Shown here piece after piece: positions 22,545 to 34,745 of a stretch of 64,000 nt of DNA. A program made the position numbers and the translations under genes. Position 1 is the first letter of the stretch; the number at the start of each line of letters is the position of its first letter. The notes beneath the pieces were generated by a model that worked only from the letters and a program-made list of their open reading frames with translations, was not told where the DNA came from and made no database searches. This DNA comes from Acidobacteriota bacterium (GTDB taxonomy: Bacteria > Acidobacteriota > Thermoanaerobaculia > Gp7-AA8). The stretch spans positions 416,001 to 480,000 of the forward strand of contig JAFATB010000006.1 of NCBI GenBank assembly GCA_019244185.1, in the 5' to 3' direction.

Positions 22545-22629
22545 GGTTGATTCCTGCCATGTGTAGCTCATTGGGTAGAGCGCAGGACTGATAATCCTGG
22601 GGTAGCGGGTTCGAATCCCGCCACAACCA
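22545..22629 (+). tRNA. tRNA-Ile(GAT)-like RNA with defective or interrupted acceptor stem
   Basis: D arm GCTC/GAGC, anticodon arm CAGGA-CTGATAA-TCCTG, T arm GCGGG-TTCGAAT-CCCGC; 3' strand CACAACC pairs only 4 bp with the adjacent 5' strand; no encoded CCA. Confidence 0.75.
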
Positions 22630-22639
22630 TCCTTACACG

Positions 22640-22870
22640 CCGACTGACCGCCGTTAGCGGTCACCGGCCGCGGCGTCGAATCGCGGTCAAGCCTGCCGGC
22701 GCTTCTGTAATGGCGCACCGGCAAGCGCGGAAGGAGCTCTGCAGCGCGCGTGCAGCGCGCAATGCGCTCCCACAATGCGGTGCGACGTCATTGTGGGAGC
22801 GCGCGTGGCGGCGCAGCGCTCCGCTCTGTAACGCGTGGCTTTTCCGCGCATTGGGCGCCCGGCCGGTCTT
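22640..22870 (+). ncRNA. Multi-hairpin structured RNA candidate
   Basis: Consecutive and nested stems, including a perfect 14-bp stem 22764-22777/22789-22802. Confidence 0.45.
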
Positions 22871-22894
22871 ATTGAGGAAAGGAGGGACCGAACC

Positions 22895-23995
22895 ATGTTT
22901 CGGCGTATGAAGATTCTTCCGCACGAGCGGGGCCTTCTGTTTCGTGAGGGCGCGTTCGCCGGCGTACTGCGGCCGGGCGTTCATTGGACGTTCGATCCGC
23001 TCCTGAAGCTGCGGCTCTTTGTCGTGTCGCCGCGCAATCCGTGGCTCGACCACCGCGACCTCGACCTCATCGTGAAGTCGGGCAAGCTCGGCGGCGAGGC
23101 CATTGTGGTCGACCTCAAGGACTACGAGCGCGCGCTCGTCTGGATCGACGGCCGCTTCGCGGCGGTGCTCGATACCGGCCTGTACGCGCTGTGGACCGTG
23201 GAGCGCGATGTGCGCGTCGAGATCGTCGACGCGCGGACGATGCGCTTCGACCACGCGGAGCTGCCGGTGATCGTGCGTTCGCGGACGGCGGCGTCCGTGC
23301 TCGAGGTCGTGCATGTGGAGGCCAACCACGCGGGACTGTGGTTCCGCGACGGCGCCTATCAGGCGACGCTCGCTCCGGGCACGTACGCGTTCTGGCGGAA
23401 CGTCGGCAAGCTGCAGGTCCAAATGGTCGATCTCCGCGAGCTGACGCTCGACATCAGCGGTCAGGAGATCATGACGGCCGACAAGGTCACGCTGCGCCTC
23501 AATGCGCTTGTCAACTACCGCGTCACCGATCCGCTGCGGTCGGTCGCGGAGGTCGACGGTGCGGCGCAGGCGCTCTACCGCGCCGCGCAGCTTGCGCTGC
23601 GCGAAGCGGTGGGCGCGAAGGACCTCGACGCGCTGCTCGTCGCGAAGGATGCGCTCGCGGGTGAGCTGTCCGTCGCGATCGCGCCGCGCGCCGCGGAGCT
23701 CGGCCTCACGGTCGTCGCCGCGGGTGTCCGCGACGTCATCCTGCCGGGCGACATGAAGGAGCTGATGAACAAGGTGACCGAGGCGAAGAAGGCCGCGGAG
23801 GCATCGCTGATCACGCGCCGTGAGGAGACGGCGGCGATGCGGATGCAGGCCAACACCGCGAAGATCCTCGAGGCGAGTCCGACGCTGATGAAGCTGAAGG
23901 AGCTCGAGGTGCTCGAGAAGGTCGCGCACAAGGCGAACCTCACCGTGGTCCTCGGCGACGAGGGCCTGGCGGACAAGGTCGTCAAGCTGCTGTAA
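22895..23995 (+). CDS. Slipin (SPFH/band-7) family protein
   Basis: AAAGGAGG RBS; repeated ERGLLF..G....L.PG units; QEIMTADKVTLRLN, VRDVILPG, RREETAAMR.QANTA. Confidence 0.92.
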   Translation: MFRRMKILPHERGLLFREGAFAGVLRPGVHWTFDPLLKLRLFVVSPRNPWLDHRDLDLIVKSGKLGGEAIVVDLKDYERALVWIDGRFAAVLDTGLYALWTVERDVRVEIVDARTMRFDHAELPVIVRSRTAASVLEVVHVEANHAGLWFRDGAYQATLAPGTYAFWRNVGKLQVQMVDLRELTLDISGQEIMTADKVTLRLNALVNYRVTDPLRSVAEVDGAAQALYRAAQLALREAVGAKDLDALLVAKDALAGELSVAIAPRAAELGLTVVAAGVRDVILPGDMKELMNKVTEAKKAAEASLITRREETAAMRMQANTAKILEASPTLMKLKELEVLEKVAHKANLTVVLGDEGLADKVVKLL

Positions 23996-24051
23996 CGACG
24001 CAGGGAGGGCAGGCCGTCCAGCGGGCCTGCCCTCCCGAGGTAAAGAAGGAG

Positions 24052-24690
24052 ATGAACAAAGACAAAGTTCGGGACATGATCCGCAGCATCCTGCCGTCGA
24101 AGGCGCGGGTGGGCGCGCGGTTCGGCAAGAGGTTCGAAAAGCGGCGCGTGCGCCACGCCATTCGCGCGGCGTTGCGCGCGGGAACGTTCGACGCCGATCT
24201 GCGGCGCGACGCGGACCTCTCGACGGTCGTCTGGTGGCGGCGCACCGCCGACAAGCTCCACCCTTTCATGCGCTGGTGCCGCGCGCGCACCGCGGGCATG
24301 ACGCCGGAGGAAGCGCTCGGCTACGTGCGCGGCCTGTTGCCGCGGAATCTCATCGGCGATCACGCGTACGGACACTGGGAAGCGGTCGTGCGGCCGTACA
24401 TGGGCCGGCTGCCGACAGTTCGCACGCGGCTCGACGTCGGGACGCTCTGCACGCGTTTGCGCGCGGCGTACGAGCGCGATCCGTCGCTCGTCGGGATGTT
24501 GAACGCCGCGATCAAGAGCCGTATCGCATTCGACGAACCACGCCGGCTGCTGTTCGGCGTGCACGACATCGACGCCTTCGCACGCGACGCGCTCCGACGC
24601 GGGAGCATCGAGCTCGATTGCGCGATGGCAATCATGGAAGAGATCGAAGGGCGGCCGAACGGCCGCCCTTCCCATTTTCGCGCCGCGTGA
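24052..24690 (+). CDS. Hypothetical Arg-rich protein
   Basis: AAGGAG RBS; follows slipin; no family recognised. Confidence 0.75.
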   Translation: MNKDKVRDMIRSILPSKARVGARFGKRFEKRRVRHAIRAALRAGTFDADLRRDADLSTVVWWRRTADKLHPFMRWCRARTAGMTPEEALGYVRGLLPRNLIGDHAYGHWEAVVRPYMGRLPTVRTRLDVGTLCTRLRAAYERDPSLVGMLNAAIKSRIAFDEPRRLLFGVHDIDAFARDALRRGSIELDCAMAIMEEIEGRPNGRPSHFRAA

Positions 24691-24713
24691 TATAGCGTTC
24701 CCTCAACGAACCC

Positions 24714-27700
24714 ATGTCCCTCGATCGCTTTCATCCCGTCCTCCAACGCTGGTTCTCTGACACCCTCGGCACTCCGACACCCGCGCAGCAGCAAGGGTGG
24801 TCCGCCATCCGCGAGCGCCGTCACACGCTCATCGCCGCGCCGACCGGCTCGGGTAAAACGCTCGCGGCGTTTCTGACCGCGCTCGACGACCTTTTCGTCG
24901 AAGCGCTGACCGCGCCGCTGCCTGATGAAGTGCGCGTCGTCTACGTCTCGCCGCTGAAAGCGCTCAGCGCCGACATCCACAAAAATCTCGCCGAGCCGCG
25001 CCACGGAATCCGCCGCATCGCGGAAGAACTGAACATCGACGCGCGCATCACGGCCGGCGTGCGCACCGGCGACACGACCTCGAGCGAACGCGCGGCGATG
25101 CTGAAGACGCCGCCGCACATCCTCGTCACGACGCCGGAGTCGCTCTACCTCCTGCTCACCGCCGAGCGCAGCCGCAACATGCTGCGCAGCGTGCGCACCG
25201 TGATCGTCGACGAGATTCACGCCGTGATCGGCACGCGCCGCGGCGCGCACCTCGCGCTCACGCTCGAACGCCTGCAACACGTCGCCGAAGCGCCGCTCCT
25301 GCGTATCGGACTCTCCGCGACGCAGAAGCCGATCGAAGCCGTCGCGCGCTATCTCACCGGCGGCGGCGACTGCACGATCGTCGACGAAGGCCACCGCCGC
25401 GCGATGGACCTCACGCTCGAGGTGCCGCGCTCGCCGCTCGAAGCGGTGATGTCCGCGGAAGTGTGGGAGGAGTATTACGACGCGCTGGTGCGGCTCATCG
25501 AGTCGCATCGCACGACGCTCGTCTTCGTGAACACGCGCAAGATGGCCGAGCGCGTCGCGCGTCACCTCAGCGATCGCCTCGGCGAAGACGCGGTGACCGC
25601 GCACCACGGCAGTCTCTCGAAAGAGAACCGTCTCGACGCGGAGACGCGGCTCAAAACCGGTCAGCTGAAAGCGCTCGTCGCGACGGCGTCGCTGGAGCTC
25701 GGCATCGACATCGGCCACGTCGATCTGGTCTGCCAGCTCGGCTCGCCGCACCGCATCGCCACGCTCCTGCAGCGCGTCGGCCGCTCGGGACACACCGTCT
25801 CCGGGCTGCCGAAAGGACGCGTCTTTCCAACCTCGCGCGACGATCTCTTTGAATGCGCGGCGCTGCTGCGCGCGGTCAAGCGCGGCGAGCTCGATCAGAT
25901 CGTCACGCACGACGCCCCGCTCGACGTGCTCGCACAACAACTCGTCGCCGAATCGTCGTGCGACGACTACGCGGAAGACGCGCTCTTCGCGCTGGCGAAA
26001 CGCGCGTGGCCGTACCGCGCGCTCGAACGCGGCGCGTTCGACGACGTCGTGAAGATGATGGCCGACGGCTTCGCCACGAAGCGCGGACGCCGCGGCGCGC
26101 TCATGCATCGCGACGAAGTGCACGGCAACGTGCGCGGACGCCGCGGCTCGCGCCTGCTCGCGCTCACGTCCGGCGGTGCGATCCCGGAAGTCGCCGACTA
26201 CCGCGTCGTGCAGGAGCCGGACGAGACGTTCATTGGAACGCTCAACGAGGACTTCGCGATCGAGAGCAACATCGGCGACGTCTTCCAGCTCGGCAACACT
26301 TCGTGGCGCGTGCTGCAGGTGTCGGGCGGCGTCGTGCGCGTCGCGGATGCGCACGGCGAGCCGCCGAGCATTCCGTTTTGGCTCGGCGAAGCGCCCGCGC
26401 GGAGCGACGAGCTGTCGCGCGCGGTGAGCTCGCTGCGCGCCGATCTCGAGCCGCTGCTCGACGATCGCGAGGCCGCGATCGCGTGGCTCGTCGACGCGTG
26501 CGGGATTCCGCGCGCCGCCGCCGAGCCGCTCATCGAGTACCTCGCCGAATCGCACCGCGTCCTCGGCACACTCCCGACGCAACAGACGCTCGTCCTCGAG
26601 CGCTTCTTCGACGAGTCGGGCGGCATGCAGCTCATCCTCCACGCGCCGTTCGGCAGCCGCATCAACAAGGCGTGGGGGCTCGCGCTGCGCAAGCGCTTCT
26701 GCCGGCAGTTCGATTTCGAATTGCAGGCCGCGGCGACGGAGGACGCGATCCTCTTGTCGCTCGGCCCACAGCATTCGTTTCCGCTCGCGGATGTCTTCCG
26801 CTATCTGCATCCCGCGACCGCGCGCGACGTGCTCGTGCAGGCCTTCCTCGACGCGCCGGTGTGGCAGACGCGCTGGCGGTGGAACGCGACGATCTCGCTG
26901 GCGGTGCCGCGCAATCGCAACGGCAAGAAGATCGCGCCGCAGTTGCAGCGCACGCTCGCCGACGATCTGATGGCCGCGGTGTTCCCAGACGCCGCAGCGT
27001 GCTTCGAGAACATCGGCGGCGACCGCAAGATCCCCGATCATCCGCTTGTCAACCAAGCCGTGCGCGACTGCCTCGAGGAAGCGATGGACTTCGACGGCCT
27101 CGCGCGCGTGCTGACCCGCATTCACGCGGACGAGCTGACGCTCGTCGCGCGCGATACGCCCGAGCCGTCGCCGCTCGCGCACGAGATCCTCAACGCGCAG
27201 CCGTACGCGTTTCTCGATGATGCGCCGCTCGAGGAGCGCCGCACGAACGCGGTCTACACGCGCCGCGTCGCCGACGCCGCGTCCGCGCGCGAGCTCGGCG
27301 CGCTCGACCTCGCGGCGATCGAACGCGTGCGCGACGAAGAGCGGCCCGATCCGCGCGATGCGGACGAGCTGCACGACGCGTTGCTGACGTTCGGCTTTCT
27401 CACGGACGAGGACGCGCCGCACGAGCTCTTCGACGCGCTCGCCGCGGCGAAACGCGCGACGCGCGTGCACGGACTCTGGTTCGCCGCGGAGCGCCTGCCG
27501 GAGCTCCTGGCCATTCATCGCGTCGAGACGACGATCGCGCCGCCGGCATCGCGCCTCACGCGCACGTGGTCGCGCGAGGAAGCGCTCGTCGAGTTGCTGC
27601 GCGGACGGCTTTCGCTCGTCGGACCGGCGACGTCTGACGCGCTCGCGTCGCTGCTCGCGGTACCGCAATCGAACGTCGACGCCGCGCTGCTCGCGCTCGA

Positions 27701-28913
27701 AGGCGAGGGCGCGATTCTGCGCGGCAACTTCACGCCCGGCGCGTCGCAGCTCGAATGGTGCGACCGGCGCCTGCTCGCGCGCATCCACCGCTACACGCTC
27801 AATCGTCTGCGCGCGGAGATCGAGCCGGTCACCGCCGCCGACTTCACGCGTTTCCTCTTCGCGTGGCAGCACGTGACGCCGTCGTCGCGCCTCAGTGGCA
27901 TCGATGGACTGCAGGAGCTGCTCGCCCAACTCGACGGCTTCGAACTCGCCGCAAACGCGTGGGAGCGCTCGGTGCTGCCCGCGCGCATGGACCGCTACGA
28001 CGCGTCGATGCTCGACACGCTCTGCTTCGCCGGCGTGGCCGGCTGGGCGCGCGTCTCACCGCCGACCGGCGCCGCGCTGCCCGTCGGCGCGACGCCGATC
28101 GCGCTGTTTCTCCGCGAGCACGCGGCGACGTGGCAGTCGCTGCGCGAGACGGCGCCGGTCGCGTTGTCCGAACAAGCGCAACGCGTCGTCGACACGCTTC
28201 GCGCGCGCGGCGCGTCGTTCGCGCGCGAGCTCGCGGCGCTCTGCGAGCTCGACGAAGCCGCGCTCGAACGCGCGCTCGGTGAGCTGGTCTGCGCGGGACT
28301 CGTGACGTCCGACGGCTTCGCCGGTCTGCGCTCGCTCGTGCGCGCGTCGCACGAGAAACGCGCGCGCACCGACGTCGCGGGACGGTGGTCGCTGCTCGCC
28401 TCCGACGCGAACGGCGACGACGCGCTGGAGCTGCAGGCGCGCACGTTCCTCCGCCGCTACGGCATCGTCTTCCGCCGCCTCCTCGCGCGCGAGTCGAACG
28501 CCGCGCCGTGGCGCGAGCTCGCACGCGTCTACCGCCGCATGGAAGCGCGCGGCGACCTGCGCGGCGGCCGCTTCGTCGCCGGCATGCCCGGCGAACAGTT
28601 CGCGCTCCCCGACGCCGTCGAACGCCTGCGCGAGATCCGCCGCACCCCGCACGACGGCACGCTGGTCGTGCTCTCCGCCGCCGACCCGCTCAACCTCACC
28701 GGCACCACCTCGCCCGGCGATCGCATCCGCGCCACACCCGGCACGCGCATCGCGTACCGCGACGGCGTGCCGGTGTCCGTGATGGAAGGCGACTACGTGC
28801 GCCCGCTCACGGACATCGAATCGAACGACGCGCTCACCGTCGCCGCCGCGCTCGCGGGGCGTGCGGTCGCGGCGGGGCGGGGGTGGGTGGGGCGGGGGTG
28901 GGTGGGGCGGTGA
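24714..28913 (+). CDS. lhr: Lhr family ATP-dependent helicase
   Basis: APTGSGKT, TTPESL, DEIH, LSAT, HHGSLS, QRVGRSGH; long C-terminal region. Confidence 0.93.
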   Translation: MSLDRFHPVLQRWFSDTLGTPTPAQQQGWSAIRERRHTLIAAPTGSGKTLAAFLTALDDLFVEALTAPLPDEVRVVYVSPLKALSADIHKNLAEPRHGIRRIAEELNIDARITAGVRTGDTTSSERAAMLKTPPHILVTTPESLYLLLTAERSRNMLRSVRTVIVDEIHAVIGTRRGAHLALTLERLQHVAEAPLLRIGLSATQKPIEAVARYLTGGGDCTIVDEGHRRAMDLTLEVPRSPLEAVMSAEVWEEYYDALVRLIESHRTTLVFVNTRKMAERVARHLSDRLGEDAVTAHHGSLSKENRLDAETRLKTGQLKALVATASLELGIDIGHVDLVCQLGSPHRIATLLQRVGRSGHTVSGLPKGRVFPTSRDDLFECAALLRAVKRGELDQIVTHDAPLDVLAQQLVAESSCDDYAEDALFALAKRAWPYRALERGAFDDVVKMMADGFATKRGRRGALMHRDEVHGNVRGRRGSRLLALTSGGAIPEVADYRVVQEPDETFIGTLNEDFAIESNIGDVFQLGNTSWRVLQVSGGVVRVADAHGEPPSIPFWLGEAPARSDELSRAVSSLRADLEPLLDDREAAIAWLVDACGIPRAAAEPLIEYLAESHRVLGTLPTQQTLVLERFFDESGGMQLILHAPFGSRINKAWGLALRKRFCRQFDFELQAAATEDAILLSLGPQHSFPLADVFRYLHPATARDVLVQAFLDAPVWQTRWRWNATISLAVPRNRNGKKIAPQLQRTLADDLMAAVFPDAAACFENIGGDRKIPDHPLVNQAVRDCLEEAMDFDGLARVLTRIHADELTLVARDTPEPSPLAHEILNAQPYAFLDDAPLEERRTNAVYTRRVADAASARELGALDLAAIERVRDEERPDPRDADELHDALLTFGFLTDEDAPHELFDALAAAKRATRVHGLWFAAERLPELLAIHRVETTIAPPASRLTRTWSREEALVELLRGRLSLVGPATSDALASLLAVPQSNVDAALLALEGEGAILRGNFTPGASQLEWCDRRLLARIHRYTLNRLRAEIEPVTAADFTRFLFAWQHVTPSSRLSGIDGLQELLAQLDGFELAANAWERSVLPARMDRYDASMLDTLCFAGVAGWARVSPPTGAALPVGATPIALFLREHAATWQSLRETAPVALSEQAQRVVDTLRARGASFARELAALCELDEAALERALGELVCAGLVTSDGFAGLRSLVRASHEKRARTDVAGRWSLLASDANGDDALELQARTFLRRYGIVFRRLLARESNAAPWRELARVYRRMEARGDLRGGRFVAGMPGEQFALPDAVERLREIRRTPHDGTLVVLSAADPLNLTGTTSPGDRIRATPGTRIAYRDGVPVSVMEGDYVRPLTDIESNDALTVAAALAGRAVAAGRGWVGRGWVGR

Positions 28914-28938
28914 AGCGCGCGCACATCGACGCGTAAAC

Positions 28939-28968
28939 AAAACGAGCGGCCTCGCGGCCGCTCGTTTT
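28939..28968. terminator. Bidirectional intrinsic terminator
   Basis: AAAACGAGCGGCC-TCGC-GGCCGCTCGTTTT between convergent lhr and nrdJ. Confidence 0.85.
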
Positions 28969-28990
28969 CATTTCGTGAGACTCGAAGCTC

Positions 28991-31867
<2,877 letters not shown>

Positions 31868-32073
31868 GGCCTTGCTCTCCTCAACCTTCAATCGTTAGAA
31901 CAAAAAAGTAGAGGAGGGCAGTTCGACGATGCTGAGAAGGATTTCGGCCGGGCGAGCTCGCGGATCCATGACGAACGCGGCCCGGGACATCCGAGGTCCC
32001 TCTCGATCGAACTTCCGTCCCCTACCTCCCCCAACACGGCCGTCCGCGATGCGTTCGCGGGCGGCAGTCAACT

Positions 32074-32226
32074 TCAGCGAAACAGCGTGGACGCCACGCG
32101 CGGCGAGGGGGTCTGAGGCACGGTCGACTTGACCTTCACCGTCACCTGGTAATCGCGAATCTGCAGCGATACCGAACGGACGGGGGAGTGGTTCCCAGGA
32201 CGAGTCGTATGCTTCAAATCCTTCAT
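32074..32226 (-). CDS. 50-aa small ORF in the nrdJ leader
   Basis: GAGGGAGG RBS; MKDLKHTTRPGNHSPVRSVSLQIRDYQVTVKVKSTVPQTPSPRVASTLFR. Confidence 0.45.
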   Translation of the reverse strand: MKDLKHTTRPGNHSPVRSVSLQIRDYQVTVKVKSTVPQTPSPRVASTLFR

Positions 32227-32264
32227 CGATCCTCCCTCACTTCGCGTTGTTTTGATGTGCCCTC

Positions 32265-32293
32265 AAGCTACGCCCGCACCTTCGGGATGTCAA
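32265..32293 (-). promoter_or_regulatory. Sigma70 promoter for the nrdJ unit
   Basis: TTGACA-N17-TAGCTT on the minus strand. Confidence 0.7.
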
Positions 32294-32301
32294 GCATCAG
32301 A

Positions 32302-32348
32302 CCACAACATATTGTGGTCGCGTTTGCTTCCGCGCCTATATCGTGTAG
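32302..32348. promoter_or_regulatory. Tandem NrdR boxes
   Basis: CCACAACATATTGTGG (32302) and CGCCTATATCGTGTAG (32333), 31 bp apart, matching acaCwAtATaTwGtgt. Confidence 0.85.
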
Positions 32349-32729
32349 ATAGAGCGACTTACGCGAGAGGTCGCAGAATGTCTCTAAGCTTCATTTCCGC
32401 CGCCGTTCCACCGGAATTCCGCGAGTTCCCGACAGCTTTTCCGCAGGCTTTTGCACAGCGATTCTGCGCGGATTTCCTCACGAAATCAGGCTCTTCTCCG
32501 CATGCTTTGCACGCGTTCTTCACGCACTTTTTCACCATGCGCGGAGGCGCCGGTTTTCAGCAGGATTCCCGCAGCCGGTCAGCGGGCGCGGCTGCAGAAA
32601 AAAGGGCGAAAAGCAAGCGGCAGCCACGCATCTGCGGAAAACCGGAAGGACGGGCGGAAGGCCACTACTAATGGGGGTCGGAGGCGGGGGTGCACACAGA
32701 ATGTGGCACGTGGAACACTTTTCCTCCTG

Positions 32730-33767
32730 TCAATAGCTTTCTGTGGCTCCGCCGCCTCCGAAGCCGCCGCCGTCCTGCGGACGCACCGGCGCCGAGCTAC
32801 CGTCCGCCGGCGCCGGCTGCGCCTGATGCGCGTGCTCCGCGGCGGCCAGCGCGCTGGCGACTTCGATCAGCTCGTCCGCGCCGGTGAGCTTCGCCGGCGT
32901 CACGACGAACCCGCGCGTGCGGCCGTGCAGCGCGCGCGACACCAAGTACGAGGCGAGGAGCAGAAAGGCGCCGCTCACCGCGAGCTTCAGCTCGAGCGGC
33001 GCGGGAAACTCGGGCGAGAGCTTGATGCCGGCGATCACGAAGCCGATGCCGCTCGCGACGAACATCGCGTGATGCCGCTTCACCAGTGCCGCAGCGAGGC
33101 AAATCACGGCGAACGCGCCGTACAGCAGGATCGTCACGCGACGCCACTCCTCGCCCGCGTTGAACACGCCCACCACCGGCATCGCCACGAGGATGAAGAT
33201 CCAGAGCCACTCCGTCGACGGCCGTTGCCACGTGCGCATCAACAACGCGAGCGCCGCGAGCGCGAGCACGAGCGCGCAGACGACGCCGAGATCGAAACGC
33301 TTTTCACCGTACTGCGCGACGAAACCCGCCGCGAGCGCGCCGAACAGCGGATTGCGCAGGCGCGCGCCCACCACCGCCGCTCCCGCCGCGAGCACGAGCA
33401 TCGCCTCGGGTGTCCCGCTGTGCGGCAGCGTCGAGATGAGCGCGCCGACACCGCCGAGCCACAGCGCCGCCTCGACGCCGGTCCGCCACCAACGCGGTCC
33501 GCGGATGAGCAGCTCCGCGAGCGTCAGCGCGCCGGCGCCGACCACGAACCCGGCAGGCCGCTCGCCGCCGAACAGAAAGTACAGAGCGAGGAGTCCGATC
33601 GCGGTGAGCACGAAGAACACCGCCTGCACGAGAACGTTGTAGCTGCGCCACGGTGTCGCGAGCTCGGCGCGCAACGCCTGTGCGGTCGCCGCGTCGACGC
33701 GCTTCTCGTCCTGCCACGCGAGAAGGCTCGCGCGCAGCGACTCGTTGCGTTCTTCGCGCGCGTTCAT
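32730..33767 (-). CDS. Polytopic membrane protein (partner of DUF2157 gene)
   Basis: ATGA overlap; many TMs; C-terminal GGGFGGGGA. Confidence 0.8.
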   Translation of the reverse strand: MNAREERNESLRASLLAWQDEKRVDAATAQALRAELATPWRSYNVLVQAVFFVLTAIGLLALYFLFGGERPAGFVVGAGALTLAELLIRGPRWWRTGVEAALWLGGVGALISTLPHSGTPEAMLVLAAGAAVVGARLRNPLFGALAAGFVAQYGEKRFDLGVVCALVLALAALALLMRTWQRPSTEWLWIFILVAMPVVGVFNAGEEWRRVTILLYGAFAVICLAAALVKRHHAMFVASGIGFVIAGIKLSPEFPAPLELKLAVSGAFLLLASYLVSRALHGRTRGFVVTPAKLTGADELIEVASALAAAEHAHQAQPAPADGSSAPVRPQDGGGFGGGGATESY

Positions 33768-34690
33768 GCGAAGCGCTCCCGGAATCGCGCGTGAATCACG
33801 AAGAGCGCGACGATGGACGCGATCGTCGAGACCACGATGACGAAGAAGATGGAGGTCTCGTCGTGAAGGTTCGACACGAGCAGCACGTCGGCCGCGACGA
33901 CGGCGTAGAGGAACGCGTAGAGCACGAACGACTCGCGTTGCGCGCGAATGCCCCACGCGATCACCGCGGCCGCGCAGCCGAGCGTCAGCAGACAACCGAG
34001 CGTGCGCGTGTCGTTTTCGAACACGAGCGAGAACGCGCCCGAGAGCGCGACCAGCGCCGCGGCGTGTTCGAAGATCCGTGAGAACTCGGGCGGCTGTTTA
34101 TGCCAGCGGCGATCGAGCGCGCGCCAGACGAGCAGCGCCAACGCGCAGATGAACGCGTGCACGGCGAGGCCGCCGCTCGTGAAGTCGAGGTCGAACATGC
34201 GCGGCTGACGCACGCCGAGCCACGCCGCGAACGCGCTCACGGAAAGCGACAACACCATGCGCGAGCCGTACGCGTACGCGACGATGCCGTGCACGATCGC
34301 GAGCAGGAGGAAGTAGAAGGCGCGCCGTTCGCCGAGGAGATGGAACTGCGACTCGATAAACGCGACGTCGGCGCTGACGATGAGCGCGCCGAGGAGCAGG
34401 ACGTAGTCGTCGACGAGCGAGGCGCGCGCGCGGCGCGACCACACCCACGCGTAACACACCAGCGCGGCCACGGCCATCAGCGACACCAGCGCCACAGGGC
34501 CGATGCGATCGAGGTTGTCCTTGAGGACGATGCCGGCGGCGGTCGCGAGGAGCGTTGCGCCTGCCCACGCGCAGATCCGCAATTCCGGATAAATCGAGAA
34601 AATCTCGCGCCGCTCGCGCGCGATCAGCAGGTCCGTGACGGCGCCGAGCCGCGGACGCAGCGCCTCGAGCTCCGGTTCGAAGGAAAGCAT
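33764..34690 (-). CDS. DUF2157-like membrane protein
   Basis: FSIYPELR, LSLSVSAFAAWLG, multiple TMs. Confidence 0.75.
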   Translation of the reverse strand: MLSFEPELEALRPRLGAVTDLLIARERREIFSIYPELRICAWAGATLLATAAGIVLKDNLDRIGPVALVSLMAVAALVCYAWVWSRRARASLVDDYVLLLGALIVSADVAFIESQFHLLGERRAFYFLLLAIVHGIVAYAYGSRMVLSLSVSAFAAWLGVRQPRMFDLDFTSGGLAVHAFICALALLVWRALDRRWHKQPPEFSRIFEHAAALVALSGAFSLVFENDTRTLGCLLTLGCAAAVIAWGIRAQRESFVLYAFLYAVVAADVLLVSNLHDETSIFFVIVVSTIASIVALFVIHARFRERFA

Positions 34691-34745
34691 GCGTCATGGT
34701 GCGCGCACGAGCTCGGCAGCGCAAGGATGCGTCAGAATCCGCGGC

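Noticed and set aside
22525-22560. Hammerhead ribozyme suggested by CTGACGA
   Set aside because: No correctly placed GAAA core or three supporting stems found by eye.
28873-28910. GGGGCGGGGGTGGGT tandem repeat at the lhr 3' end
   Set aside because: Only about two copies; most simply a local duplication in a dispensable tail.
31868-32260. Cobalamin riboswitch upstream of nrdJ
   Set aside because: Could not find the conserved GGGAA / GCCACTG B12-box elements.
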